Origin: Promethearchaeota archaeon
GTDB lineage: Archaea; Asgardarchaeota; Hermodarchaeia; Hermodarchaeales; Hermodarchaeaceae
NCBI GenBank assembly: GCA_048938385.1
Contig: JBHLMG010000009.1
Span: 6,620-70,619 of the forward strand
DNA: 64,000 nucleotides
Direction: 5' to 3'
This document shows positions 28,927 through 38,440 of this stretch, in pieces. The translations under genes were made by a program, and so were the position numbers. How positions within the stretch are numbered: the first letter of the stretch is position 1; every line of letters begins with the position of its first letter. The notes beneath the pieces are model-generated. The model was given only the letters and a program-made list of their open reading frames with translations, ran no database searches and was not told where the DNA came from.

Positions 28927-29921
28927 TCGCGCTTCATAGAGCTCATTTTGAGTGACTGAGCGGTTGCCACTGCGGCAATTATGAGGCTAATGATGGTCAC
29001 GACAATAGCCAGAATCTCCAATCCCTGTGGAGCAAAAAGTTCTGCAATAAAGTAGCTTCCGATTGTTCCGATCGCTAGGAAAATGAGGCTGACAAAAAAC
29101 ATCACACCACGAAATGTACCTGATATCGGAACTTCGCCTTTGAGAACCTTCTTTGTGTGTCCATCGATCCCGACACGGTAGGTTTCCCCTGCAAATTTGT
29201 AGCGGGCTAGCCAATGGGGCACATGGAGAAGATAGGCGCCTGTTTTTCGAATCTGGCTATGGCAGTCCCAAATCTTGCTTGCCCTTGATTCCGCTCGTTT
29301 TCGATGATCCTCTGCTACGAAGGTTTCAGCAAGTTCGTAAGCATCGGGATCCGTCAACTCGCTGTTCAAAAAGAGGGGCTTTGATTCAACCGCAGTGATT
29401 GCAGTATAATCAAAAGGTTTGATGTTCCCCTTGGTCACAGACAGTGCCTTGTCAAGCTCATCCTGACTGAAGAAAGTAGCTCCTCTACGACACAAGACAT
29501 TGACTGAACGGTTCTCGTTGAAGTCACCGGTAATCGGTTCGTACTCGATTTTTGTACGGCTTCGTCGATTTCCTTGGGAATCCGTGTAATATTCCGTTTC
29601 ACGGTGTTCCTTGTACCCTTCGTAATGGGTGAGTGCATGCATCGTTTCAACCCAGAAGGGGACAAACCGTAACACAGCCTCAGTCACACGAGCCTTACCG
29701 CCTCGTCCCACCCATTCGGCGACCTTTTCTCGAATGTCAGCAGAATTTACGGTTGGTTCCAAGACGAAATGGTTCTCGATCTTCTCACCTTCAACCGTTG
29801 CAGTGAATCCACAGTAATTGCACACAATAACTACATCGTCGGGCGATACGGTGAGAGGAGCATTGCAGGATTGGCACTTTAACGCAGTCATGGTTTCAAT
29901 AGGCTTAGTAGCTTCCACCAA
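28923..29921 (-). CDS. Zinc-ribbon + C-terminal 2-TM protein (YdjG-like architecture), paralogue 1
   Basis: CQSCNAPLTVSPDDVVIVCNYCG is the zinc ribbon. The central blocks are FVPFWVE...LHVPHWLARYKFAGETYRVGIDGHTKKVL. There are two terminal TM helices. Its stop overlaps the next start by 4 nt (ATGA), which suggests translational coupling. Confidence 0.6.
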   Translation of the reverse strand: MVEATKPIETMTALKCQSCNAPLTVSPDDVVIVCNYCGFTATVEGEKIENHFVLEPTVNSADIREKVAEWVGRGGKARVTEAVLRFVPFWVETMHALTHYEGYKEHRETEYYTDSQGNRRSRTKIEYEPITGDFNENRSVNVLCRRGATFFSQDELDKALSVTKGNIKPFDYTAITAVESKPLFLNSELTDPDAYELAETFVAEDHRKRAESRASKIWDCHSQIRKTGAYLLHVPHWLARYKFAGETYRVGIDGHTKKVLKGEVPISGTFRGVMFFVSLIFLAIGTIGSYFIAELFAPQGLEILAIVVTIISLIIAAVATAQSLKMSSMKRE

Positions 29922-30068
29922 CTGCTTTCCTCCTTATTGCCTGACAATAGAGGGATCGCCCTTAACTGTTTCCTCTCAAAGTGCTGACAAAAGGAATTCT
30001 TAGACTTTTTACAGGGCAGTAAGGAAGGCTGAAAAGGTCTGAATGGCTAGGCATGATAGTGGTTAGTC

Positions 30069-30857
30069 ATGACAACTATCCGTGATGGCGATCAAGTGCT
30101 TTTTTATTTGGATTCTCGGCGTACATGGCTGCTCCGTGTTGAAGCTGGTAAATCCTTTCATTTGCATCGAGGAATTCTCCTTTTTGATGATGTAATAGGC
30201 CAACAATATGGGAGCCTCATTGCTACCAGCAAAAATGTCTATGTCGCAGCCCTTCCCTCGCTGCCTAGAGATCGCGCAATTAAGTTAGGTCGGAATACAA
30301 ACATCGTATATCCTAAGGATGCTGGATTGATCATTATTTTAGCAGGAATTGGTCCTGGGTCAAAGGTGGTGGAGGCAGGAACAGGAAGTGGCGCCCTAGC
30401 ATCGCTGTTAGGTTATCATGTTTCACCGAATGGACAGGTGTCTTCTTATGAAATCCGTGAAGATTTTGCCTTCACAGCCAAAAAAAACCTAGAAAAAGCT
30501 GGTTTAGCAGAACTCGTTAGCGTCAAACATCAAGATGTCCTTGAAGGGATTGACGAACAGGATGTTGATGCTGTGGTCTTGGACTTGGCAGTTCCCTGGG
30601 AAGTAGTTGATCATGCCTACCAGGCGTTGCGTGGTGGGGGTGTTCTCGTATCCTTTTCGCCAACGATTGAGCAAACCCAACGAACAGTCGAAGCGTTGTA
30701 TTCCTCGCATTTTATCGAGATTGAAACCCGAGAACTCCTTGAACGACAAATTCTTGTACGCACTGGTAAGACTCGACCCGCTACTCGCATGATAGGGCAT
30801 ACTGGGTATGTAACCTCAGCTCGAAAAGTCTATCCACCCAAAACTAAACAAGCTTGA
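30069..30857 (+). CDS. trmI: tRNA (adenine-N1)-methyltransferase, TrmI/Gcd14 family
   Basis: An N-terminal beta domain (GDQVLFYLDSRRTWLLRV...HLHRGILLFDDVIG) is followed by IVYPKDAGLII and a VVEAGTGSGALA SAM motif. Confidence 0.8.
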   Translation: MTTIRDGDQVLFYLDSRRTWLLRVEAGKSFHLHRGILLFDDVIGQQYGSLIATSKNVYVAALPSLPRDRAIKLGRNTNIVYPKDAGLIIILAGIGPGSKVVEAGTGSGALASLLGYHVSPNGQVSSYEIREDFAFTAKKNLEKAGLAELVSVKHQDVLEGIDEQDVDAVVLDLAVPWEVVDHAYQALRGGGVLVSFSPTIEQTQRTVEALYSSHFIEIETRELLERQILVRTGKTRPATRMIGHTGYVTSARKVYPPKTKQA

Positions 30858-30909
30858 TTAGAGCGATGTCGAATTCACTACTAGCAACCGGAGAATGTTA
30901 GGGGTCTAA

Positions 30910-31371
30910 CTAATCAAGACTAGCTCCACATCTATGACAAAAGCGTGCCTCAGGAGCCGGAACCTCTACTCCACATGACGAACAGTATTTCGAAGCATAG
31001 GTTCCAGCAGGTTGTTGACCGTTGGGAATAGCTTTGAGTACTGGATCGAGGAGTGAGTTATTCACGGAACGCTCGCCACCTCCGTGAGTAGGGCAGTGAA
31101 TCTGAATTTTAGTCGTCAGTTTCAAGGTCCTCTGTCCAACGATGTCAACTGGTGAACCACATTTACGGCATAGAAGTACATGTTCACGAATAAGATGGCT
31201 AACGGGTTCGTATTGGTCAAGGGGTAGGCGCCAGACGACTTCACTTCGGTGAACAGGGCAGAGCATGTAGAGAGCTACTTGGTTGGGTTTCGGTTTGCTG
31301 ACGCGTGTGATAATTCGAGGTCGACCGCAATGGCGACAACTGAGTTTTTGTTGGGCTTCTTGGAGAGACAT
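30910..31371 (-). CDS. Multi-zinc-ribbon protein (two CxxC...CPxH modules plus a terminal double zinc ribbon)
   Basis: The Cys/His modules are CRHCG...CPVH, CRKCG...CPTH and CSSCG...CHRCG. Confidence 0.5.
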   Translation of the reverse strand: MSLQEAQQKLSCRHCGRPRIITRVSKPKPNQVALYMLCPVHRSEVVWRLPLDQYEPVSHLIREHVLLCRKCGSPVDIVGQRTLKLTTKIQIHCPTHGGGERSVNNSLLDPVLKAIPNGQQPAGTYASKYCSSCGVEVPAPEARFCHRCGASLD

Positions 31372-31550
31372 TGGAGATCACGCTCTGAGTTCCATCTAAA
31401 ACACAGGCTTTTAAACAATCGTAACGGTTCAAGAGTTGACTAATACCTTCTGAGAAATCATTATCTAGATGTCTGAACCTTGCATTACCTATTGAGAGGA
31501 TAAAATTGATTTCGCATTCACCTTCTAAATCGTTACCTGTGACTCCCGTT

Positions 31551-32492
31551 ATGGTATTAGAAGCTAGAAAACGTTTAATGGGGATCACTATTCACACCCC
31601 TACTGAGCCCTCGGTAAACCTTACCAGTCTTGTGGGCGCTCCTATATCCGTTAAGTGGGAGTCTTTACAAAAAACTGGTGTCTTCAAGCTCCGTGGCGCT
31701 TACAATAAAATTGTTTCAATCCCTAAAGAAAAAGCGCGTAATGGAGTCGTCACTGCGTCTACGGGTAATCATGCGCTCGCAGTTGCCTATGCAGCTCAAC
31801 AATGTGGAGTTGCAGCCACCGTTGTGGTCCCAGAACAAGCCTCTCAGTTAAAGGTTGACAAATGTCGACGCTATGGAGCAGAGATTATCAACTACGGCTC
31901 AAACTATGATGAAGCGGCGAAGTACAGTAACGAATTATCTCAGAAGATGGATGCCACGCTTATTCACGCCTATGCGGATCCCCTAGTCATCGCTGGTCAG
32001 GGAACGGTTGGTGTTGAGTTACTGATGGATTCACCTAATACCGACATTGTGTTGGTTCCTATTGGCGGAGGGGGGTTGATTTCTGGGGTTTCACTGTGGG
32101 TGAAATCTGTGAATCCCAAAGCTCAGATAATAGGCGTTCAAACTACGGCAACAAGGGCCTTCTTTGAAAACTTCAAAGCTGGGCGCTTATTCCATGTGCC
32201 CATTGAACCGACAATTGCGGATGGATTAGCTGGAAACACAGCGCAGCTTAACCTCGAAGTGGGCTTCAAATTTGTTGATGATGTAATCCTCGTTGAAGAA
32301 GATGGATTACGGGAAGCCATTCGATGGACGCTTCTCAACGAACAGCGAGTCCTTGAACCATCTGGAGTTGTGGGAATCGCAGCGCTTCTTCAGAAAAAGC
32401 TCACCATACCTCAGAAAGAACATGTGGTGGTTATTGCTAGTGGTAGTAACATCGATCCACAGCTACTACGAGATATTTTAACAACCAAATAA
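31551..32492 (+). CDS. PLP-dependent threonine ammonia-lyase / serine-racemase-family enzyme (no regulatory domain)
   Basis: FKLRGAYNK contains the PLP lysine. ASTGNHA and a GGGGLISG glycine loop are also present. The start is set at the ATG at 31551. Confidence 0.8.
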   Translation: MVLEARKRLMGITIHTPTEPSVNLTSLVGAPISVKWESLQKTGVFKLRGAYNKIVSIPKEKARNGVVTASTGNHALAVAYAAQQCGVAATVVVPEQASQLKVDKCRRYGAEIINYGSNYDEAAKYSNELSQKMDATLIHAYADPLVIAGQGTVGVELLMDSPNTDIVLVPIGGGGLISGVSLWVKSVNPKAQIIGVQTTATRAFFENFKAGRLFHVPIEPTIADGLAGNTAQLNLEVGFKFVDDVILVEEDGLREAIRWTLLNEQRVLEPSGVVGIAALLQKKLTIPQKEHVVVIASGSNIDPQLLRDILTTK

Positions 32493-32506
32493 GGGGGTCA
32501 AGTCAC

Positions 32507-32877
32507 CTAGTGGCGTGTTTCGCTTTTACATCCTAAGACATTGCCATCATAGTCAATGAAAAACAACACAAACATCGCAGCATCGTATTCATGGATTCCA
32601 CGAGTTATTGAGACTTCGTGTTACAGGAGGTATTTGAACGCTTCATCGATTTTATCAATATAGAACTAGATTTGGGGAATTTTGATCTCTTTACCTTTCT
32701 TATGCCTGGAGGGTTGTTCGCTTGGTGGGGGTGTAAGGGAATGCCTTTGGTGTTCAATGTTACAAAGGATGAGTCGAACCCTTCAACTTCTATGCTCGGA
32801 ACTTGTTTGTAAAACACAAGTGCTCTTTCTATGTCTTGAACATAGAAGGTAATTCCTCCAATCTGAGAGAAATTCAC
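32507..32877 (-). pseudogene. Degraded VOC/glyoxalase-family gene (one frameshift and two in-frame stops)
   Basis: The track ORF gives MNFSQIGGITFYVQDIERALVFYKQ...PPGIRK and then junk. In the adjacent frame the homology continues as ...PQI*FYIDKIDEAFKYLL*HEVSITRGIHEYDAAMFVLFFIDYDGNVLGCKSETRH*. The total span of 371 nt is not a multiple of 3. Confidence 0.55.
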
Positions 32878-32880
32878 CTT

Positions 32881-33669
32881 TCACTTGGCACTTCTTATCT
32901 GGACCCCTTCAATCATCCAAGTGATTCCACGTTTACCCCAACGATATTTTCCTCGACGTCGTGAGGAGCCCCCAATGAATTTCGTTAAAATTTCAATTGT
33001 TTTTTTATCAACGGTGATGATGTTGTAATTCTGACAGGGACTTCCTCGCAATCTAGGGCTTCCGCAGGTTCCCGAATAAGCTAATACCATGTTCTCAAGG
33101 CGCCATACCCAAGGATAATGTCGATGGCCGCTCAGCACTAAGGAGACACCCTTGTGCATCAACAGTTCCAATGTATCCCCTGCATCTAAAAGATTGTCTC
33201 GTTCACGACCCGACCGAGGTACGGGTACCAAATGGTGATGTAAAGCGATAACGCGAAGTAAGTCCTCATCGGCTTTTGAAAAGGTCTCATCAATGAAGTG
33301 GCGTCCTTCTCGACCTATATGGCCAGTATCTAAGTCTGGTTGTGAGCTATCCGCTGCGAGTAGAAACAAGCTTTCGTCTTCATGTTGGACAAATCGAGGA
33401 CCAAAGAATTCCTCAAATGTCAGGTATCCTACATTTGAGGCATCGTGGTTACCCATAGTCATTATGGTAGGGGGCTCAAGGTTTTGTAGTAGATCGCGAG
33501 CTTCAATGAATTGTTCACGGATCCCGTTCCAAGTTAAATCTCCGCATAGGACGACAAGATTGGGTTTGAGTTTGTTAATCTCGTCAATAGCTGCTACGAC
33601 CATGTCATGTTTAAAGCCTGCTTCACCAACATGCACATCTGATATCTGAACAATTGTATATTTGGGCAA
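32881..33669 (-). CDS. Calcineurin-like metallophosphoesterase
   Basis: The canonical motif series is present: ISDVHVG, CGDLTWNG, GNHD, ALHHH and SGHRH. Confidence 0.8.
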   Translation of the reverse strand: MPKYTIVQISDVHVGEAGFKHDMVVAAIDEINKLKPNLVVLCGDLTWNGIREQFIEARDLLQNLEPPTIMTMGNHDASNVGYLTFEEFFGPRFVQHEDESLFLLAADSSQPDLDTGHIGREGRHFIDETFSKADEDLLRVIALHHHLVPVPRSGRERDNLLDAGDTLELLMHKGVSLVLSGHRHYPWVWRLENMVLAYSGTCGSPRLRGSPCQNYNIITVDKKTIEILTKFIGGSSRRRGKYRWGKRGITWMIEGVQIRSAK

Positions 33670-33809
33670 TCGAAATCATCTCGGTTTTTTCCGAACATCT
33701 TCACTACCTAATATTAAGACATTCGTATCTGTTTTTTGAACGTAAGTACAGAATTTAAACCAACTGGCGATAATCTCGTCTGGCATAATATATACACTGG
33801 TGAATGTGA

Positions 33810-34217
33810 ATGGCACGATTTGGTACTTCCGAATGGATCGGGCAGTTTGTTACCACTCTCAACAACAACGAAGCATATGCGGAGGCTGCTGAAACCTGGG
33901 AAGGGGACTTCCTCTTCATTGTTTGGCAAAACAAAGAAGCAGGCCTTGATGAAGAAATCGTAATGTGGATGGACTTATGGCATGGAAAATGTCGTGACCA
34001 TGCTATGCTCACAAATCGCACCGAAAAAGAGACCGCCTTTATCTATGAAGGCGAGCTCGCAAATTGGAAAGAGATCATCGAAGGACGTTTAGATCCCATT
34101 AAGGCGCTTCTAACGCGAAAGATGAAACTAACTGGTGACCGGGCAAAGGTTATGCGGGCTACTCGTGCCGCGAAGGAACTCGTTCGGACTGCTCAAATGA
34201 TTAAGACCGAGTTCTAG
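33810..34217 (+). CDS. SCP2 (sterol-carrier-protein-2-like) domain protein
   Basis: The C-terminus GRLDPIKALLTRKMKLTGDRAKVMR fits the SCP2 consensus G.ld...a.m.GklkikGd...a. Confidence 0.6.
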   Translation: MARFGTSEWIGQFVTTLNNNEAYAEAAETWEGDFLFIVWQNKEAGLDEEIVMWMDLWHGKCRDHAMLTNRTEKETAFIYEGELANWKEIIEGRLDPIKALLTRKMKLTGDRAKVMRATRAAKELVRTAQMIKTEF

Positions 34218-34356
34218 GTTAGTATTCGCTTATCAAGCCTGTTCATACAATGGGGGTTCCTATTCTTTTTTCTACAGGAACAACCAATGGTAGGGTAGGT
34301 TGGCTCTTCTCGGTTTCACCGAGGAAAGAATCTCATTCCTATGGAAGTTGTGTAGC

Positions 34357-35526
34357 ATGTGGTATTTTCGTTCCCCACGACTCATAGTCTTTGGTGAAGG
34401 CGCCCTAGACCATCTTAAAGAACTCGAGGGAAATCGAGTTTTCATCGTCACAGACCAGACGATCGTGAAACTTGGTTTCTTAGATCAGGTAATTGAGAAA
34501 CTCAAAGCCTCAGGTAAAGAAGTTGCATTCTATGATAAGGTCCCTCCTGAACCGCCTGATGAAATAGCGCAGGATTGTGCTCATGTCTTACGAAAATTCG
34601 ATCCTGACATTATAATGGGAATCGGAGGTGGGTCGGTTTTGGATGTCGCCAAGGTGGCACGGATCCTGAATGAGCATCCTGACCACCCGATCATCGATAT
34701 TACCCCTCTAACTCCTATCGCTGTTTCAAAAACTCAACTCATCACTATTCCCACAACATCAGGCACTGGTTCTGATGCCACATGGGCGGCTGTTATTACT
34801 GATACCCAAGATGGGAATAAGATGGAACTTACTCACCCTGAATTAGTGCCCTTCATATCTATTTTAGATCCCGCTCTAACCAAGTCCATGCCTCCTAAGG
34901 TAACGGCTTCAACGGGTATGGATGCTATCGCCCAAGCAATCGATGGGTACACTGTTCAGTGGCGAAACGATTTCAGTGATGGCCTCGCCATTCATGCCAC
35001 TCGTCTGCTCTTTAAGTATTTACCAAGAGCTTTTGAAAAACCGAATGATATGGAAGCCCGAGAGAAAGTTCAGAATGCTGCAACAATTAGTGGGCTAGCT
35101 TGGAGCAATTCATTTCTCGGAATAACTCACTCGTTTGGCCACGCAATGGGGGCTGTGTTCAAAATTCCGCATGGAATAACGGTGGGAATGGTGCTTCCGT
35201 ACTCCATCGAATACGCAAAGAAAACCCATGCAGCCTTGTATGGCGAGTTATCCCGCGCCGTAGGGGTGGCTACGAAAGACGACGACAACGATACTGCAAC
35301 AATGAAACTTCGGGACGCTGTCTTCAAGCTCATGGAAGGGCTACAAGTACCAACAAGCCTGAAGGAGTATGGGATATCTAAGGAGGAGTTTGAAAAGGCT
35401 TACGATGACCTTGTGCGTTTTACACAAGAGTCGGCAGTTAACATCTTCAATTGTCGTGAACCTACAAACGAAGATATCGAACGCTTCTGGCACTACATGT
35501 TTGAAGGGAAATCCATTGACTTCTAA
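34357..35526 (+). CDS. Iron-containing alcohol dehydrogenase
   Basis: IMGIGGGSVLDVAK, PTTSGTGSD and HSFGHAMG...HG match Fe-ADH motifs. The start is set at the ATG at 34357. Confidence 0.85.
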   Translation: MWYFRSPRLIVFGEGALDHLKELEGNRVFIVTDQTIVKLGFLDQVIEKLKASGKEVAFYDKVPPEPPDEIAQDCAHVLRKFDPDIIMGIGGGSVLDVAKVARILNEHPDHPIIDITPLTPIAVSKTQLITIPTTSGTGSDATWAAVITDTQDGNKMELTHPELVPFISILDPALTKSMPPKVTASTGMDAIAQAIDGYTVQWRNDFSDGLAIHATRLLFKYLPRAFEKPNDMEAREKVQNAATISGLAWSNSFLGITHSFGHAMGAVFKIPHGITVGMVLPYSIEYAKKTHAALYGELSRAVGVATKDDDNDTATMKLRDAVFKLMEGLQVPTSLKEYGISKEEFEKAYDDLVRFTQESAVNIFNCREPTNEDIERFWHYMFEGKSIDF

Positions 35527-35571
35527 CTAATTTTAATAATTCCGCGAATGCCTGAGGAGGTGCGATTACCC

Positions 35572-37413
35572 ATGATTGCAAAGAATGGAATGGGTTTTAC
35601 TGGAAAGATATTGCATGTTAATCTCACAAATCGAACGATCACGAACATTCCTACACCGATGGATCTAGCTAGACAATTTATTGGTGGTGGAGGATTAGCC
35701 GCAAGAATCCTGTACCCGTTACTCAAAATCGCTCCTGAACCCCTTGGACCCCATAATCCTGTAATCATGATGGCCGGACCCTTCACTGGAACCACTGTTC
35801 CATGCTCTGGACGAATGGTCATTTGCGCCCGGTCTCCTCTCACAAACCTATGGGGCGAGTGTAATATCGGTGGTTATTTTGGTGCTACAATGCGACAGGC
35901 AGGTTATGATGGCCTCCTCATCGAAGGGCGAGCCAAAAAACCTAGTTATCTATCAATTATCCACGGATCAGCTCAACTCCACGATGCACAGCATCTATGG
36001 ACAAAGACCGTCCTTGACACGCAAGAAAGCCTTCGAGCCGACTTGAAGGAAAAACGATTTTTCACCCTAAGCATCGGACCTGCTGGGGAACACCTCGTTA
36101 AATATGCTAACATCATGTCTGAAGGCGGACGTGCAGCCGGTCGGATGGGCTTAGGCGCCGTCCTCGGTAGTAAACACCTCAAATCTGTCGCAGTTGTTGG
36201 CAATCAACGCGTTCCTGTAGCGCAGCCAGACGCAATCATAGAGCTTGCGCGAACCGCAAATAAAGTGATGATAGAGGATTTCATGCCTGATTGTTACCGA
36301 ATGATGGGAACCGCTACAGCTGTTGGACCTGCACAAGAAATTGGTGCAATGCCTAACAAGTACTTCACTGAGGGTGAGTTCCCAACACACGATAACATCA
36401 GTGGCGCAACCCTGCTGGAAACTCGGCTTGTTGGTCGTGATGGTTGCCACCGTTGCCCAATTCAATGTGGACGTGTTATCGAAATCCCAGATGGTAAATA
36501 CCAACTTCCCCGGGTGTCAGGACCTGAATACGAGACTCTAGGGGCTCTTGGTTCAATGATTCTTGTTGATGACTTGGATGCGGTAATTTATGCGAGTCAT
36601 TTGTGTGATAACTTGGGATTGGACACAATTAGCTGTGGCAACAGTATTGGCTTTGCATACTACCTTGTGGACCAAGGGAAGCTATCCAAACAGGAAGTGG
36701 GTATGAATCTGGAATGGGGCGACCCTGAACCGATGATCCAACTCATTCCCCAAATTGCCCAACGGCAAGGCTTTGGTGCCATCCTTGCTGAAGGAACTCA
36801 GGCGATGGGCGTCCGCTACGCTGCAGAAGACATGGCCGTTCAGATCAAAGGTCTTGAGGTGTCATGCTGGGACCCCCGAGCGCTTTTTGGAATGGCAACA
36901 ATTTATGCGACAAGCCCCAGAGGTGGTTGCCATCTTGATGGTGATATGTATATGGTCCTTCAAGGTCAAGTCATTCTTGAACTTGGGATTGATGCTGATG
37001 ATCCCCAAACTGACGAAGGCATGGGTGAAATTGCAGCAAAATCGCAGAGTTGGCGACAGGTGTCTAATGCCCTCATCATGTGCCAGTTTCCCACCTTTAC
37101 CGTTGATGAAATCACGCAATTCTATAGCTATGTTACTGGTGAAAAAACAACACCTCAACAACTGCTGACCATCGGTGATCGCATCATCACCTTGAAACGA
37201 TTAATTAACCTGCACCTAGGGTTCAAACCTGAAATGGATAACCTTCCCAAACTCCTTCTCAAACCGCTTGAATCTGGTGGAACCCGTGGGTTAGTTCCTA
37301 ATATACAAAAACAGCTTGCAGACTATAATGCGTACAGGGATTGGGATCCACAAACGGGGCACCCCTCCGCCACTGCCCTTAAAAAGGTTGGACTCGCTGA
37401 CTTGATTGAGTAA
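35572..37413 (+). CDS. aor: Aldehyde:ferredoxin oxidoreductase family (tungstopterin) enzyme
   Basis: GKILHVNLTNRTI, GGGGLAARILY, the cluster cysteines CHRCPIQCGR, GLDTISCG and SPRGGCHL are present. The start is set at the ATG at 35572, preceded by ggaggtg at 9 nt. Confidence 0.9.
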   Translation: MIAKNGMGFTGKILHVNLTNRTITNIPTPMDLARQFIGGGGLAARILYPLLKIAPEPLGPHNPVIMMAGPFTGTTVPCSGRMVICARSPLTNLWGECNIGGYFGATMRQAGYDGLLIEGRAKKPSYLSIIHGSAQLHDAQHLWTKTVLDTQESLRADLKEKRFFTLSIGPAGEHLVKYANIMSEGGRAAGRMGLGAVLGSKHLKSVAVVGNQRVPVAQPDAIIELARTANKVMIEDFMPDCYRMMGTATAVGPAQEIGAMPNKYFTEGEFPTHDNISGATLLETRLVGRDGCHRCPIQCGRVIEIPDGKYQLPRVSGPEYETLGALGSMILVDDLDAVIYASHLCDNLGLDTISCGNSIGFAYYLVDQGKLSKQEVGMNLEWGDPEPMIQLIPQIAQRQGFGAILAEGTQAMGVRYAAEDMAVQIKGLEVSCWDPRALFGMATIYATSPRGGCHLDGDMYMVLQGQVILELGIDADDPQTDEGMGEIAAKSQSWRQVSNALIMCQFPTFTVDEITQFYSYVTGEKTTPQQLLTIGDRIITLKRLINLHLGFKPEMDNLPKLLLKPLESGGTRGLVPNIQKQLADYNAYRDWDPQTGHPSATALKKVGLADLIE

Positions 37414-37431
37414 TTGTTACTGTAAACTGAG

Positions 37432-38361
37432 TTGGATGGGATTATGGAGACACTACGAAAACAAAACAAAGAGCTATTCACCCTATTAGACCAAGTGGCA
37501 ACTTCTCAGCACACAAAGCTGCTCTCATTGCTTATTGAACAACTCAAACCCTTTGCCGAAAAAGATCCACAACTCCTTCTCATGCCCAATGCCTATGAAC
37601 GAGTAAAAACCTATGCTGAAACAGCTGTAGATTTAGAAATGCGCGGGAAAACATCCGCGCCCATCGATTTTGGTGGATATACCCTCGTAGTTACTCTCTC
37701 AACAAAACAACCCTTCGACACCTTATATCTTACGCGCCCCTTTTCGAACAAACTTAAAATCACAGCTTTTACTACACAACCTCCAATCTTTCCATTCGCT
37801 GTGTGGCTTACTCTCAACCCTACACACCCTGGCATCACAACAGAGGGATTTAACCCAGAAGGAGCCTTCACCATCTCTCGGGGACCAGCTCCCACTCTTC
37901 CAGCGAACCTCAATAATCCCAACGATCTAATTACCGCAGGTGTACTGCTACGCGAATCCCTTGAAACCCGAACACTTGACCCCCAAGCCCAAGCCACTCT
38001 CTATCAAATAATTCCTTTTCCTATCGAACGTGAAGTAGGCAAGCGTTTCTTTCCGCCCCTTCAGGTTATACGAAGTGGTGTAGACGATATCCTGCGCCCC
38101 GAAAGTTACCTTCTCCGCTTACCCATTGTACCACTCCTAATTACTCGGTCTGCGGAGCTAAATTGTACTATGATTCAGCTCGAAACTGTCCCCGCGTGGC
38201 CCACTAACTGGCAACCGGAGAAGGCTTTTACTAGCGAAACGCAACGGTATGTCACAATTGGAGAGGGAATTAACTATGATGTCTTCACGCTTCTTACCCT
38301 GATGCGTGATTTAGCAGAAATTACAACAGCCGCAGAAGATATCTACTGGCCTATCGGTTAA
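37432..38361 (+). CDS. Hypothetical protein
   Basis: A long unopposed ORF directly after aor. I recognise no motif. Confidence 0.45.
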   Translation: MDGIMETLRKQNKELFTLLDQVATSQHTKLLSLLIEQLKPFAEKDPQLLLMPNAYERVKTYAETAVDLEMRGKTSAPIDFGGYTLVVTLSTKQPFDTLYLTRPFSNKLKITAFTTQPPIFPFAVWLTLNPTHPGITTEGFNPEGAFTISRGPAPTLPANLNNPNDLITAGVLLRESLETRTLDPQAQATLYQIIPFPIEREVGKRFFPPLQVIRSGVDDILRPESYLLRLPIVPLLITRSAELNCTMIQLETVPAWPTNWQPEKAFTSETQRYVTIGEGINYDVFTLLTLMRDLAEITTAAEDIYWPIG

Positions 38362-38440
38362 TTAACTCCTTCACTCAAGTACCAAAAGGTTTATGCCAGT
38401 CTGGTTCCTGCGACGGACTAGATACGCTAGGTGAATCATT

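Noticed and set aside
32507-32877. The in-frame TAG and TAA in the VOC homologue as possible stop-codon recoding (pyrrolysine or readthrough).
   Set aside because: The gene also needs a frameshift to be read through. Two different stop codons are involved. No pyl or Sec machinery or recoding signal is visible in the window. Decay into a pseudogene is the simpler explanation.
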